A stretch of DNA of 64,000 nt from an uncultured Ignavibacteriales bacterium (GTDB lineage: Bacteria; Bacteroidota; Ignavibacteria; T3Sed10-11), in contig CAZBUK010000010.1 in NCBI GenBank assembly GCA_964495085.1, positions 1,871 through 65,870 of the forward strand, written 5' to 3'. Below, one piece after another: positions 1-9,976 of this stretch. Within the stretch, counting starts at the first letter, position 1; each line of letters opens with the position of its first letter. The notes under the pieces are model-generated. The model was given only the letters and a program-made list of their open reading frames with translations, did not search any database and had not been told where the DNA came from. Position numbers and translations under genes: made by a program.

Positions 1-436
1 TTCCGCCCAACGATGCCACGTTTATGATCCTCCCCTTTCCGGGATTCTTCATCATTAGGTGCGCGCCTGCCTGCGAGCACAGGTAGACTGCTCTGAGATT
101 TATTCGGTGAAGATCGTCCCAGGCATCTACATCCGTATCATCCCAGCGAAATCTGTTGAAAATTGCAGCGTTATTGATAAGCACATCCAGCCGCCCGATA
201 TCCGAACCTATTTTCTTGAACAGAGCCGCTATTTCAACCGGATTCCTCAGATCTGCCTTAATTCCAAGCACACTCCCCCCTTCGCTTTGTATCCGCTCCC
301 GCGCCTCCTCCGCTTCGTCATCCGAAGCATTGTAATGCTGTACCAGATCGAATCCGCCATGCCGGTGAAAGGCATAGAGAATTTTTCTTCCGAGTCGGCG
401 ACCGGATCCGGTAATCAGCACTGCCGGTTTGGACAT
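1..436 (-). CDS. short-chain dehydrogenase/reductase, N-terminal part (pteridine reductase/FolM-like); C-terminus lies outside the window
   Basis: Not in the ORF track because it runs off the edge. Manual minus-strand translation from the ATG at 436 gives MSKPAVLITGSGRRLGRKILYAFHRHGGFDLVQHYNASDDEAEEA...LDVLINNAAIF. It has the TGxxxRxG dinucleotide-binding motif and the NNAA motif of classical SDRs. Confidence 0.7.
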   Translation of the reverse strand, partial: MSKPAVLITGSGRRLGRKILYAFHRHGGFDLVQHYNASDDEAEEARERIQSEGGSVLGIKADLRNPVEIAALFKKIGSDIGRLDVLINNAAIFNRFRWDDTDVDAWDDLHRINLRAVYLCSQAGAHLMMKNPGKGRIINVASLGG

Positions 437-520
437 AGGCAACCTCTGTCTTTCATGCGCTGTTACTTCCAAAAAATGAACCCCGATTCCTCCACACTGT
501 ATCGGGAGCAAAATACGCTA

Positions 521-1396
521 TTAGGAAGGGAAATTGCTGATTTCACCGGTGAGAAGTCCTTTTTCCGTTTCAAGTGTAATGGGACTTCCCGCCGACAGAT
601 TCTTCTTTTCGATTCGAAGGAACCCGATCGATGCCTTCATCGAATCGGAATATCCGACCGATGTAAATTGATAATTTAACAGTTCCTCGCCTGCAAATAG
701 TCTACCCCTGTTCAGCACATCGATACCGGATTCGGCTGCGACATGGCCGTCAAATCTGAAACCGGTTAAAAACCGTTTGTTCCTTCCCGACGAATCCAGA
801 CGGGCAATAACCTCCTGACCGATATAACAGCCTTTCGTCCAGCTTACATATTGGAGTAATCCCGCCTCGAACGGATTGACCTGGTCGTTAATCTCATGCG
901 GGTAAAGGGGTATTCCCGATGCAAGACGTATCGATTCAAAATCTTCATACGTAATGCTTTGCGGCTTTTTATCTGAGGCTATTTCCACGCCGACCGGATA
1001 GGCAATTGCATACCCTGCCTTTAAAACGCGAGGAGCGCTGAATGCCAGCGCTCCGTCGATTGTCTGATGGACTTCCATATTCCGGGGAGCATCCGAAGGA
1101 TAAAACAGGAGTTGATGCTCTCCGCGGGCGAACTTTACATCCTCCAGTATCACATATTTGTCAAATATCTCCGCCAGTGAACCTTCAGTCCCCGCGCTGT
1201 GCAGCACGTACAAAACCTCCCCATAACGGTAGAGATCCACAACGTCGATAATTTTCCCTTTTGCAGTGGTAAAGATAGTCGTTATACCCTTGTTCTCGCC
1301 GAGTATGAGAATATCGTTGGTCGACATTCTCTGAAGAAAATCGAGCGAATCCGTACCAAAGACTATCGAAAGCGCGACTGGTATCCGACCATTCAT
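521..1396 (-). CDS. ygfZ: YgfZ/GcvT-family folate-binding protein
   Basis: 291-aa ORF with the WTKGCYIGQEVIARL segment (KGCYxGQE signature of YgfZ-type proteins). Confidence 0.7.
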   Translation of the reverse strand: MNGRIPVALSIVFGTDSLDFLQRMSTNDILILGENKGITTIFTTAKGKIIDVVDLYRYGEVLYVLHSAGTEGSLAEIFDKYVILEDVKFARGEHQLLFYPSDAPRNMEVHQTIDGALAFSAPRVLKAGYAIAYPVGVEIASDKKPQSITYEDFESIRLASGIPLYPHEINDQVNPFEAGLLQYVSWTKGCYIGQEVIARLDSSGRNKRFLTGFRFDGHVAAESGIDVLNRGRLFAGEELLNYQFTSVGYSDSMKASIGFLRIEKKNLSAGSPITLETEKGLLTGEISNFPS

Positions 1397-1409
1397 ATCT
1401 TACGCTCCG

Positions 1410-2576
1410 TTAGGCCATCTCCGGCTGGTGAATCACCTGATCCTCGCGACCGATCGCTACCGTGGTATCAGTATCGAAATAATGCATCCGGTCTACGTCG
1501 AAATAGAGCTGGAACGGACGGCCCGCTTCGGGCATCGGATTTCCGCTCTCGAGCGCCGTCGGAATCCGGGCTACGAGCTGGGATGAATTTCCGACGATGA
1601 AGTATACGAAGATCTCGTTTCCCATCGGCTCGACCACTTCTACCTGTACCTGAACGGGAACAACGCGATAGCCCTCATTCCGGGCCGAGACATCATGTAT
1701 ATGTTCCGGTCTGATTCCGACAACCATCGATTTCTGGCGATAATTCTCAAGGAGTTTCAGCTGCCCGTCGGGTACTGCAAACGCGAGCGGTCCGTCGGAC
1801 TGTTTAAATTGCAATCCGTTCTCCGAAAGAATCTTGCCATCGACAAAATTCATCGACGGGCTGCCGATAAATCCCGCCACGAAGATGTTCGAAGGATAGT
1901 TATAAATCCGCAGCGGCGTATCGATCTGTTGTATGTATCCGTCCTTCATTACCACAATCTTATCCCCCATTGTCATCGCCTCCATCTGATCGTGGGTTAC
2001 GTAGATCATCGTTGCCTCAAGTTTGTGATGCAGTTTCGAGATTTCCGTACGCATCTGTACACGGAGCTTGGCATCGAGATTGCTGAGGGGTTCGTCGAAC
2101 AGGAACACTTTCGGTTTCCGTACGATGGCCCTTCCGACTGCAACGCGCTGCCGTTGTCCGCCCGAGAGCGCTTTCGGTTTTCGATCGAGATATTCCTCAA
2201 TCCCCAGTATCTTCGCCGCCTCTCGAACGCGGGATTCTATCTCGGCTTTCGGAAATTTCCGCAATTTCAACCCGAAGGCCATATTCTCGTAAACGCTCAT
2301 ATGCGGATACAGGGCGTAATTTTGAAAGACCATTGCGATATCCCTGTCCTTGGGAGGCCGATCATTCACCGGCTGTTCGTCGATGTAGATCGTTCCCCGG
2401 GATATATCCTCAAGTCCGGCGATCATTCGGAGCGTCGTAGACTTCCCGCAGCCGGAGGGTCCGACTAAAACCACGAATTCTTTGTCCTTGACCTCGATAT
2501 TGCAATTCTGTACCGCAACAATGTTTCCTTCGTAAATTTTTTCCACATTTTCGAGTCGAACGCTGGCCATAATCAA
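1410..2576 (-). CDS. ABC transporter ATP-binding protein, MalK/UgpC/MsmX type (sugar importer ATPase)
   Basis: Walker A GPSGCGKST, ABC signature LSGGQRQRVAVGRA, Walker B FLFDEPLSNLD, and a C-terminal MalK-like regulatory domain. No permease or binding-protein gene is adjacent. Confidence 0.85.
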   Translation of the reverse strand: MIMASVRLENVEKIYEGNIVAVQNCNIEVKDKEFVVLVGPSGCGKSTTLRMIAGLEDISRGTIYIDEQPVNDRPPKDRDIAMVFQNYALYPHMSVYENMAFGLKLRKFPKAEIESRVREAAKILGIEEYLDRKPKALSGGQRQRVAVGRAIVRKPKVFLFDEPLSNLDAKLRVQMRTEISKLHHKLEATMIYVTHDQMEAMTMGDKIVVMKDGYIQQIDTPLRIYNYPSNIFVAGFIGSPSMNFVDGKILSENGLQFKQSDGPLAFAVPDGQLKLLENYRQKSMVVGIRPEHIHDVSARNEGYRVVPVQVQVEVVEPMGNEIFVYFIVGNSSQLVARIPTALESGNPMPEAGRPFQLYFDVDRMHYFDTDTTVAIGREDQVIHQPEMA

Positions 2577-2582
2577 CCTCGG

Positions 2583-3923
2583 TTATGATGTTTTAAGTGA
2601 ATTGAGTATCTCAAGAAATCGCGGAAACGAAACCTTCGACGCCTGATAATTTTTAACCATGGATTCCCGGTCGCCCGCCATAGCGGAAACGACGGCGGCC
2701 ATAGAGAGCCGGTGATCTCCGTAACTGTCCAACCCCGCACCGCCGCGCAACGTACCGCCTCGTATCGAGAAACCGTCGGGGAATTCGTGGGCATCGATGC
2801 CCATTGCCCGAAGGTTGTTGACGACATTGGCTATTCGATCCGATTCTTTGTTTCTGAGCTCTTCCGCATCCTTTACGGTGAAGAGTCCTTCGGCCGAGGC
2901 ACCGGCAACGGCGAGAATGGGGAGCTCATCTATTACCAGCGGTATCTCTTCTCCCTGAAGGGTTACTCCTTTGAGCCGTGAGCTTCTCGCCCGGATGTCA
3001 CCGATCTCCTCGGTCTCGTTCTCTCTTTTCGAGAGTATTTGGACATCCCCCCCCATAGACCTCAGAACATGTACATATGCGATGCGGGTCGGATTCAGAC
3101 TGATATTTCTGATGACGAGATCGCTGTCCGGAATGATCAATGCGGCAACGATAAAGAACGCAGCGGACGATGGATCTCCCGGAATTGTCATGTGCAACGG
3201 CCGAATGACCATATCCGAAGCGATGCTTATTTCGTGTCCGCCCGGAGATTTTCGTACGGGCAGCCGCAGCATCCGTTCGGTATGATCGCGGGTTCTTTGC
3301 CGTTCGACGACTGTCGTCGTTCCATCCGCAAACAAGCCGGCCAATAGCACCGCTGATTTCACCTGTGCGCTGAAAACCGGCATTTCATAACGAATCGATC
3401 GCAGCGGTTGCTTTGATCCGGAAATGTGCAGCGGCGCAGTGCCCCGCTCCGATCCGGATATTCGTGCGCCCATCATGTTCAACGGCTCGATAACTCTTCT
3501 CATCGGTCTTTTGATGAGCGACTCATCACCCGTGATCTCGCTCTTGAAAGGCTGTCCTGCGAGAAATCCAGCGAAGAGTCTCATCGTGGTACCAGAATTT
3601 CGTGCATCGAGCGCTTCCGGAGATGCATGAAATCCGTATCTTCCTTTTCCTGCAACTTTGAACGTCGCGAGCGAGAGATCGCTTTGTACGCCTAGTTTTT
3701 CGAGGCACGCTACGGACGTTGCCGGATCCTGGGCGTCAGGGAAATTATCAAACGTACTCTCCCCCTCGGCCAGGGCGCCGAATATAGCGGCACGGTGAGC
3801 TATCGACTTATCGCCCGGGAGATGAACATCGCCTCTGAGTCCTCTGACCGGGGAAACGCTTATAATTGATTGTTCGTCAGGTTGCGTTGACAACCTCATT
3901 CGATTTGAGTAAAGATTCTCCAT
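2583..3923 (-). CDS. aroA: 3-phosphoshikimate 1-carboxyvinyltransferase (EPSP synthase)
   Basis: LPGDKSIAHRAAIFGALAEGEST near the N-terminus and GDHRLSMAAVV near the C-terminus. The start codon is uncertain because the longest ORF overlaps the gpmI end by 47 nt. Confidence 0.9.
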   Translation of the reverse strand: MENLYSNRMRLSTQPDEQSIISVSPVRGLRGDVHLPGDKSIAHRAAIFGALAEGESTFDNFPDAQDPATSVACLEKLGVQSDLSLATFKVAGKGRYGFHASPEALDARNSGTTMRLFAGFLAGQPFKSEITGDESLIKRPMRRVIEPLNMMGARISGSERGTAPLHISGSKQPLRSIRYEMPVFSAQVKSAVLLAGLFADGTTTVVERQRTRDHTERMLRLPVRKSPGGHEISIASDMVIRPLHMTIPGDPSSAAFFIVAALIIPDSDLVIRNISLNPTRIAYVHVLRSMGGDVQILSKRENETEEIGDIRARSSRLKGVTLQGEEIPLVIDELPILAVAGASAEGLFTVKDAEELRNKESDRIANVVNNLRAMGIDAHEFPDGFSIRGGTLRGGAGLDSYGDHRLSMAAVVSAMAGDRESMVKNYQASKVSFPRFLEILNSLKTS

Positions 3924-5424
3924 CCATTTCCGGCGGAACCGGAAGTCCCATCAATTCCAGGAGCGTAGGAGCGAAATCGCCGAGCCGTCCGCCGGGCCGA
4001 AGCGGTCCTTTAAATCCTTCCTTGATAACGATGAAAGGGACCGGATTTGTCGTATGTGCGGTATGGGGACCGCCGTCGGTATCGATCATAATATCCGCAT
4101 TGCCATGGTCGGCGGTGATCACGGCTACATAGTCATGTTCAAGTGCGGCGGTGACGACCTTCTGAGCGCAGATATCGACGGTCTCAACGGCCTTCACGGC
4201 CGCTTCCATGACGCCGGAATGTCCCACCATATCCGGATTGGCAAAGTTCAGACAGATAAAATCGGGACGATGATTATTTATCGACTCGATCGCTTTCTCT
4301 GCAACCTCATATGCGCTCATCTCCGGTTTCTTATCGTAAGTTGGTACATCCCGAGGTGACGGTACGAGAATTCTGTCCTCGCCTTTATACGGTTTTTCGC
4401 GACCGCCTGAGAAGAAAAAGGTGACGTGCGGATATTTTTCGGTCTCCGCAATGCGCAGCTGGGTCAAGCCGCGCGCCGAGAGATATTCGCCCAAGGTATT
4501 CGACAGCGACTGGGGCTCGAAGACGACCGGAAATGTAAAATCCTTCTGGTACGGCGTCATCGTATAGTAAGCCAGATTGAGTTGCTTCCGTTTGAACTCC
4601 ACAAATTCCGGATACGTCAGGGCGACGGTAATTTCTCTCGGACGATCGGTCCGGAAGTTAAAGAATAGCACAGCGTCGCCGTCCTCGATGCGGGCAACGG
4701 GAGATCCGTTTTCAGTGAGCACCACGGGAAGAACGAATTCGTCGGTAACTTTATTGTCGTACGAATCCTGCAAAGCGGCAACCGGATCCTCGTACAACGC
4801 TCCTTCGGACTCCGTCAGCATGCGATGTGCTTTCTCAATGCGTTCCCATCTTTTATCGCGATCCATCGCATAATAACGGCCCACGATGGTAGCTAGTCTG
4901 CCGGTCCCGATCTCCCTCGCTTTCGAGAGAAACTCGCGAACGTATTTTACGCCGTTCTGAGGCGGAGTATCGCGGCCATCCATAAACGCATGAATGAATA
5001 CCTTATCAAGATTCGCCCGCTTTGCGACCTCAAGCAGAGCGTACAGGTGCCGGAGGTGGCTATGTACGCCGCCGTCGGAAAACAATCCCAGCAGATGCAA
5101 TTTGACGTTATGCGTCTTCACATACTCCGTCAGCTCCAGCAGCGTTTTATTGTTAAATAGATCCCCGGTTCTGATCGATTTATCGATGCGGGTAATGTCC
5201 TGGTAGACGACTCTCCCCGCGCCGATATTCATGTGGCCGACTTCAGAATTTCCCATCTGTCCTTCGGGTAACCCGACATCTTCACCCGACGCGTTCGCCC
5301 AGGTCCATGGTTTCGAGTCGAATAGCGAATCGAGGAACGGCTGCCGTGCCCTGGCGATCGCGCTGACCGAGTCGTCGGTGCCGAGTCCGTATCCGTCGAG
5401 TATAATGAACAGTAGTTTTTTCAT
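3877..5424 (-). CDS. gpmI: 2,3-bisphosphoglycerate-independent phosphoglycerate mutase
   Basis: MKKLLFIILDGYG, NSEVGHMNIGAGR and ITADHGNAD motifs. The track ORF (to 5532) was trimmed to the ATG at 5424, which sits 19 nt after the pnp stop. Confidence 0.9.
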   Translation of the reverse strand: MKKLLFIILDGYGLGTDDSVSAIARARQPFLDSLFDSKPWTWANASGEDVGLPEGQMGNSEVGHMNIGAGRVVYQDITRIDKSIRTGDLFNNKTLLELTEYVKTHNVKLHLLGLFSDGGVHSHLRHLYALLEVAKRANLDKVFIHAFMDGRDTPPQNGVKYVREFLSKAREIGTGRLATIVGRYYAMDRDKRWERIEKAHRMLTESEGALYEDPVAALQDSYDNKVTDEFVLPVVLTENGSPVARIEDGDAVLFFNFRTDRPREITVALTYPEFVEFKRKQLNLAYYTMTPYQKDFTFPVVFEPQSLSNTLGEYLSARGLTQLRIAETEKYPHVTFFFSGGREKPYKGEDRILVPSPRDVPTYDKKPEMSAYEVAEKAIESINNHRPDFICLNFANPDMVGHSGVMEAAVKAVETVDICAQKVVTAALEHDYVAVITADHGNADIMIDTDGGPHTAHTTNPVPFIVIKEGFKGPLRPGGRLGDFAPTLLELMGLPVPPEMDGESLLKSNEVVNAT

Positions 5425-5443
5425 AGATACGTTCCGGTTTCGT

Positions 5444-7609
5444 TTATGACCTTCGAGGCGGTCGTCTTCCGTGTCTTCTCCGGTCTCCCCCTCTGTTCTC
5501 ATCGCTGCTTTCGTCCAGATGGAAGTCATCACCCATCAGGACCGCCTTCCTGCTGAGATTAAATCTGCCCTCGTTGTCGATCTTTATAAGCTTTACTTCA
5601 AGCGGGTCGCCTACTTTCACAACATCGCTGACTTTTTCGACCCTGCTCATATCAAGATGTGAAATATGGACGAGTCCCTCGGTACCCGGCAGAAATTCGA
5701 CAAATGCCCCGAAATCCATCAGCCGTTTGACAACGCCGTTATAGGTCTTCCCTACTTCGGGTTGTTCGGCATATTTCTCAATGATCGCTTTCGCCTTATC
5801 GCCGGATTCCTGGGTCATCGCTGCGATCGTCACGGTTCCGTCCTGATCGATATTGATCTCCGTTCCGGTTTCCGCGATGATATTGCGGATGTTTTTTCCG
5901 CCCGGGCCGATGATCGTACCGATGATAGCCGGAGGAACTGAGATTGTGATGAGGCTCGGAGCGAATTTCGAGAGTTCCGAGCGGGGCATTTCGATCGTCG
6001 CGTTCATCTTGTCGAGAATATGCAGTCTTCCCTCTTTTGCCTGGCGGAGCGCTCTCTCGAGTACGTCGAAGGAGATTCCTTCGATCTTGATATCCATCTG
6101 AAACGAGGTGATGCCGCTCGACGTACCGGCCACTTTGAAATCCATATCGCCCAGGTGATCTTCGTCGCCGAGAATATCGCTCAGAATTGCAACGCGATCT
6201 CCCTCCTTTATCAGACCCATAGCGATGCCGGCAACGGCCGACTTTACCGGTACTCCGCCGTCCATCAGCGCCAGCGATCCGGCACAGACGGTTGCCATTG
6301 ACGACGACCCGTTCGATTCGAGAATGTCCGAGACGATGCGGATGGTGTACGCAAAATCTTTTTCACCGGGAAGAACCTTCCGCAACGCCCGCTCGGCAAG
6401 ATTTCCATGTCCGATCTCTCTGCGTCCCGGCCCCATAACCCTGCCGACTTCCCCGACCGAGAACGGCGGGAAATTATAATGCAGCATAAACCGTTTAGTC
6501 GACTCAGGCAGAAGGCCCTCGATCAACTGCGCGTCCATTTTCGTGCCGAGCGTCATGCTCGTGAGACTCTGAGTCTCACCACGCGTGAATAGCGCGGATC
6601 CATGGGTACGCGGTAGTACGCCGATCTCGCAGCTGATCGGGCGGATATCGGTAGTCGATCTTCCATCGAGACGTTTATTCTCGGACAGGATCATTTCACG
6701 CATATCCTGTTTCTCGATATCGTGGATTACCTCCTCGATAACGGATGTCTGTTCCGGAAATCGTTCCACAAGCGATTCCTGCACCATTGTGCTTATGGCG
6801 ATCCTGTTTTCCCTCCGCTCCTCCTTCGGCACGGTGGAACGGTTGTTCTGTTTTATTTTCTCCGTTGCGAGTTCTTTAACTGCAGCAATGATCTCTTCCG
6901 GAATTTCGGCGGTCTGGAATTCACGCTTTGCCCTCCCGCTTTCGCGTATCAGTTCAAGCTGAAGCTCGTTGATATTTCTGATCGCATCGTGCGCAATGCG
7001 AAGTGCATCGAGCATTTCTTCTTCCGATATCTCCATCGATTGGCCTTCGACCATAACGATGCTCTCGCTCGTGCCCGCGACGATGACGTCGATAGTGCTC
7101 TGTTCAAGCTGCTGGTGCGTCGGATTGACGATCAATTCACCCGCAACTCTTCCGATCCGCACCTCGGATATCGGTCCTTTGAAAGGTATATCGGAGATCA
7201 TCAGCGCGGCTGAAGCGCCGATGCCCCCGAGCACGTCGCTGTCATTTTCCTGATCCGATGAGTACACCGTCACGAGGACCTGCGTCTCGAACATATACCC
7301 ATCGGGGAAAAGGGGGCGAATCGGTCTGTCAATTAAACGGGAGGACAGGATCTCCTTTTCGGTAGGCCGGCCTTCCCGTTTAAAAAAGCCGCCAGGAATT
7401 CTTCCTGCCGCGGAGATTTTCTCACGGTATTCGACCTGAAGCGGAAAATAGTCCTGACCTTCTTTCGCTACTGTTGCGGATACGACGGTCGCAAGCACCA
7501 TCGTATCGCCGTATTGTATCATCACCGCGCCGTCAGCCTGCTTGGCATATTTCCCCGTCGACAGCGACAGTGTGCGGCCGTTTAATTGCATCTCTTTTCG
7601 AATTTCCAT
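5444..7609 (-). CDS. pnp: polyribonucleotide nucleotidyltransferase (PNPase)
   Basis: 721 aa with two RNase PH-like halves, a KH motif (IGPGGKNIRNI), an S1 domain (GVVKRLMDFGAFVEF) and a short Arg-rich tail. Confidence 0.95.
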   Translation of the reverse strand: MEIRKEMQLNGRTLSLSTGKYAKQADGAVMIQYGDTMVLATVVSATVAKEGQDYFPLQVEYREKISAAGRIPGGFFKREGRPTEKEILSSRLIDRPIRPLFPDGYMFETQVLVTVYSSDQENDSDVLGGIGASAALMISDIPFKGPISEVRIGRVAGELIVNPTHQQLEQSTIDVIVAGTSESIVMVEGQSMEISEEEMLDALRIAHDAIRNINELQLELIRESGRAKREFQTAEIPEEIIAAVKELATEKIKQNNRSTVPKEERRENRIAISTMVQESLVERFPEQTSVIEEVIHDIEKQDMREMILSENKRLDGRSTTDIRPISCEIGVLPRTHGSALFTRGETQSLTSMTLGTKMDAQLIEGLLPESTKRFMLHYNFPPFSVGEVGRVMGPGRREIGHGNLAERALRKVLPGEKDFAYTIRIVSDILESNGSSSMATVCAGSLALMDGGVPVKSAVAGIAMGLIKEGDRVAILSDILGDEDHLGDMDFKVAGTSSGITSFQMDIKIEGISFDVLERALRQAKEGRLHILDKMNATIEMPRSELSKFAPSLITISVPPAIIGTIIGPGGKNIRNIIAETGTEINIDQDGTVTIAAMTQESGDKAKAIIEKYAEQPEVGKTYNGVVKRLMDFGAFVEFLPGTEGLVHISHLDMSRVEKVSDVVKVGDPLEVKLIKIDNEGRFNLSRKAVLMGDDFHLDESSDENRGGDRRRHGRRPPRRS

Positions 7610-7648
7610 TAACGCTCCTTGTGTCCAATAGTACTGGAAAAAACCGAA

Positions 7649-7918
7649 TTATTTACGGATGTTCAGATCGTCGATGATCTTTCTGTAACGTTCGATATCT
7701 CTCTTCATAAGATAGTTGAGCAGTCGGCGTCTTTTACCGACCATTTTCAATAGTCCCAGGCGGGAATGATGATCTTTTTTGTGGGAATCAAAGTGTCCCG
7801 TCAAATCGTTGATCCTGGCGGTCAGTATTGCAATCTGTACTTCGGGAAGTCCGGAATTCTGAATCGATTTTCCGTATTTCGTGACGATCTCCCCTTTTTG
7901 TTCTTTTGTTAATGACAT
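7649..7918 (-). CDS. rpsO: 30S ribosomal protein S15
   Basis: 89 aa; [12 protein letters not shown]...[25 protein letters not shown] is typical of S15. It sits directly upstream of pnp as in many bacteria. Confidence 0.95.
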   Translation of the reverse strand: MSLTKEQKGEIVTKYGKSIQNSGLPEVQIAILTARINDLTGHFDSHKKDHHSRLGLLKMVGKRRRLLNYLMKRDIERYRKIIDDLNIRK

Positions 7919-7952
7919 TGTTGAGCAACTCCTCTATGGATTGATTGAATGT

Positions 7953-8888
7953 TTATGGTTGCGATGTAATCTTCAGACAGAATTCTTTGTCTCTATGCAG
8001 CCTTTCGATGAGTTCCTGCGGCGAGTTGAAACTGACTTCATTTCTGATCTTCCTGATAAATTCGATCGTTAAAACCTTTCCGTAGAGATCGCCGGGTTGC
8101 CCGAAAAAATGAGCCTCGATCGTTCTCCGTCCGTTCGAATAGAACGTCGGCCTCACGCCGACATTGAGCATTCCGGGAACGATTTCTCCATCGACGTCTC
8201 CGTGTATGTAGTATACACCGTTGCCCGGTATCAGTTTTTTCTCGTGTCCGGGCTCTATGTTCGCGGTCGGAAAGCCGATATTTCTTCCTCTTCCTTCGCC
8301 CGGAACCACGGTCCCGCTTACGGAATAATTCCATCCCAGTAGTTTTGCCGCTTTGTCGACGAGTCCTTCGGCCAGCAGCGTCCGGATTTTACTCGAATTG
8401 ACGATCGTTTCATCCACACGGTATGGGGGGACGGTATGAACTCCGAAGCCGAACTCCGTACCGTACCCGACGAGTTCCCTTATTCCCGATTCACGGTCCC
8501 GGCCGAACATATGATCGTATCCGACCACCACCTCCGCGGCGCTGATCCCGTCGACGATATATCGCCGGTAGAAATTCCGGGCCGGCAGCCGTGAGAACTC
8601 GTAGGTGAACGGAATTATAAACAAGCAGTCGATACGCAGCTTCTCAAAGCGGGCAATGCGTTCGTCGAGCGTCGTCAGCAGTTCTACCGGACCTTTATTC
8701 GAGTGCACTACTTCCTTCGGATGCGGATCGAATGTGCAAACGACGCTTCGCATTCCGTGGAGTCCGGACCGCTCGGTTACTTCTCCGATTATCGCCTGAT
8801 GCGCCAGATGCACCCCGTCGAAACTGCCTACGGTACATATCGATTTCCGGGGAGAATCTGCTTCGTTCAGCGAGCGAATGATCTTCAT
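7953..8888 (-). CDS. ribF: bifunctional riboflavin kinase / FAD synthetase
   Basis: N-terminal adenylyltransferase motif GSFDGVHLAHQ and C-terminal kinase segment GRNIGFPTANI. 311 aa. Confidence 0.9.
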   Translation of the reverse strand: MKIIRSLNEADSPRKSICTVGSFDGVHLAHQAIIGEVTERSGLHGMRSVVCTFDPHPKEVVHSNKGPVELLTTLDERIARFEKLRIDCLFIIPFTYEFSRLPARNFYRRYIVDGISAAEVVVGYDHMFGRDRESGIRELVGYGTEFGFGVHTVPPYRVDETIVNSSKIRTLLAEGLVDKAAKLLGWNYSVSGTVVPGEGRGRNIGFPTANIEPGHEKKLIPGNGVYYIHGDVDGEIVPGMLNVGVRPTFYSNGRRTIEAHFFGQPGDLYGKVLTIEFIRKIRNEVSFNSPQELIERLHRDKEFCLKITSQP

Positions 8889-9610
8889 TGCCGCTCTTCC
8901 TCTCCCAGAGCTATCAAATCGGGCATGCCGAGGGCTTCGTCGACGCGATAAGGTCCGACGGCGGTTCTTCTCAATTCGGTGACATGTGCTCCCGGCCCGA
9001 GCAGCGCTCCGAGTTCGTGTATGAGCGTCCTGATGTACGTTCCCTTCGAACAGAGTATCTCGAAAGATATAAACGGCAGATCGATAATCGCGGCGGTGAA
9101 TTCGTGAATGCGAACCTGCCGTGGAGCGCGCGCTACGGTTATTCCCTTCCGCGCTAGTCTGTACAGTCTCCTGCCGCCGATCTTTACCGCAGAATACATC
9201 GGGGGGACCTGTTCGATATCGCCCGTTAACTTTTCTGCGGCGTCGGCAATTAAAGAGGCCGATATACCTTCGACGATCCGGGTTTCACTGACTTCCGTTT
9301 CCGCATCGTAGCTCGGGGTGATCTCGCCGAGCCGTGCAACGCCTGTATAGCGTTTATCCATGCCGACAAACGAGTTTACGGATCTCGTCATATTTCCCGT
9401 ACAGACGATGAGAAGGCCCGTCGCGATCGGATCGAGCGTTCCTGCATGACCCGCTTTTCTGACGGCGAAGAGCCGTCTGATTTTATTGACTACATCGAAC
9501 GAGGTCCAGCTTTTGGGTTTATCGACGAGTACTACGGCTCCACCAAGAAGTTTGCCGGGGATGCCGTCCGAACCCGCGGTGAGAACTTCGATCTCCGGTT
9601 TAGGTATCAT
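8885..9610 (-). CDS. truB: tRNA pseudouridine(55) synthase
   Basis: VDKPKSWTSFDVV and GHAGTLDPIATGLL (catalytic Asp motif). There is a 4-nt overlap with ribF. Confidence 0.9.
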   Translation of the reverse strand: MIPKPEIEVLTAGSDGIPGKLLGGAVVLVDKPKSWTSFDVVNKIRRLFAVRKAGHAGTLDPIATGLLIVCTGNMTRSVNSFVGMDKRYTGVARLGEITPSYDAETEVSETRIVEGISASLIADAAEKLTGDIEQVPPMYSAVKIGGRRLYRLARKGITVARAPRQVRIHEFTAAIIDLPFISFEILCSKGTYIRTLIHELGALLGPGAHVTELRRTAVGPYRVDEALGMPDLIALGEEERQ

Positions 9611-9947
9611 TCTCCCGGATTTTTTTGAATATTTTTTCGAGCGTTTCGACTCGTTCGAGCGTTGTGTCGAGTAAAAACTGGAGATCGGGGGTGAATCTCA
9701 ATCTGATGCGTCCACCCAGCAGATGCCGGATCTCTCCTTTCCGGCGGTTTAATTCCTTCATGATGAGGTCCTGCTTCTCCGGTTCGGCATATACGCTCAG
9801 AAACACCCTGGCGATTTTCAGATCCGCCGTTACCTTTACTTCCGTTACGGTCAGAAATCCCGGCTTGTCCAGCGTGATCTCTCTGAGGATGATCTCGCTT
9901 AATTCCGTCTTCAGCAGCGACGCTACTTTTTCGGTTCGAATCGACAT
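9600..9947 (-). CDS. rbfA: ribosome-binding factor A
   Basis: 115 aa; VTEVKVTADLKIARVF and RLRFTPDLQF are typical of RbfA. Its position between infB and truB fits. Confidence 0.85.
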   Translation of the reverse strand: MSIRTEKVASLLKTELSEIILREITLDKPGFLTVTEVKVTADLKIARVFLSVYAEPEKQDLIMKELNRRKGEIRHLLGGRIRLRFTPDLQFLLDTTLERVETLEKIFKKIRENDT

Positions 9948-9976
9948 CCGTGCAACCTCCGATTCTTAATGCCTGA

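Noticed and set aside
59-679. A 206-aa plus-strand ORF at the left edge.
   Set aside because: It overlaps in antisense both the clear SDR N-terminus (1..436, minus) and the YgfZ C-terminus. Its translation has no recognisable motif.
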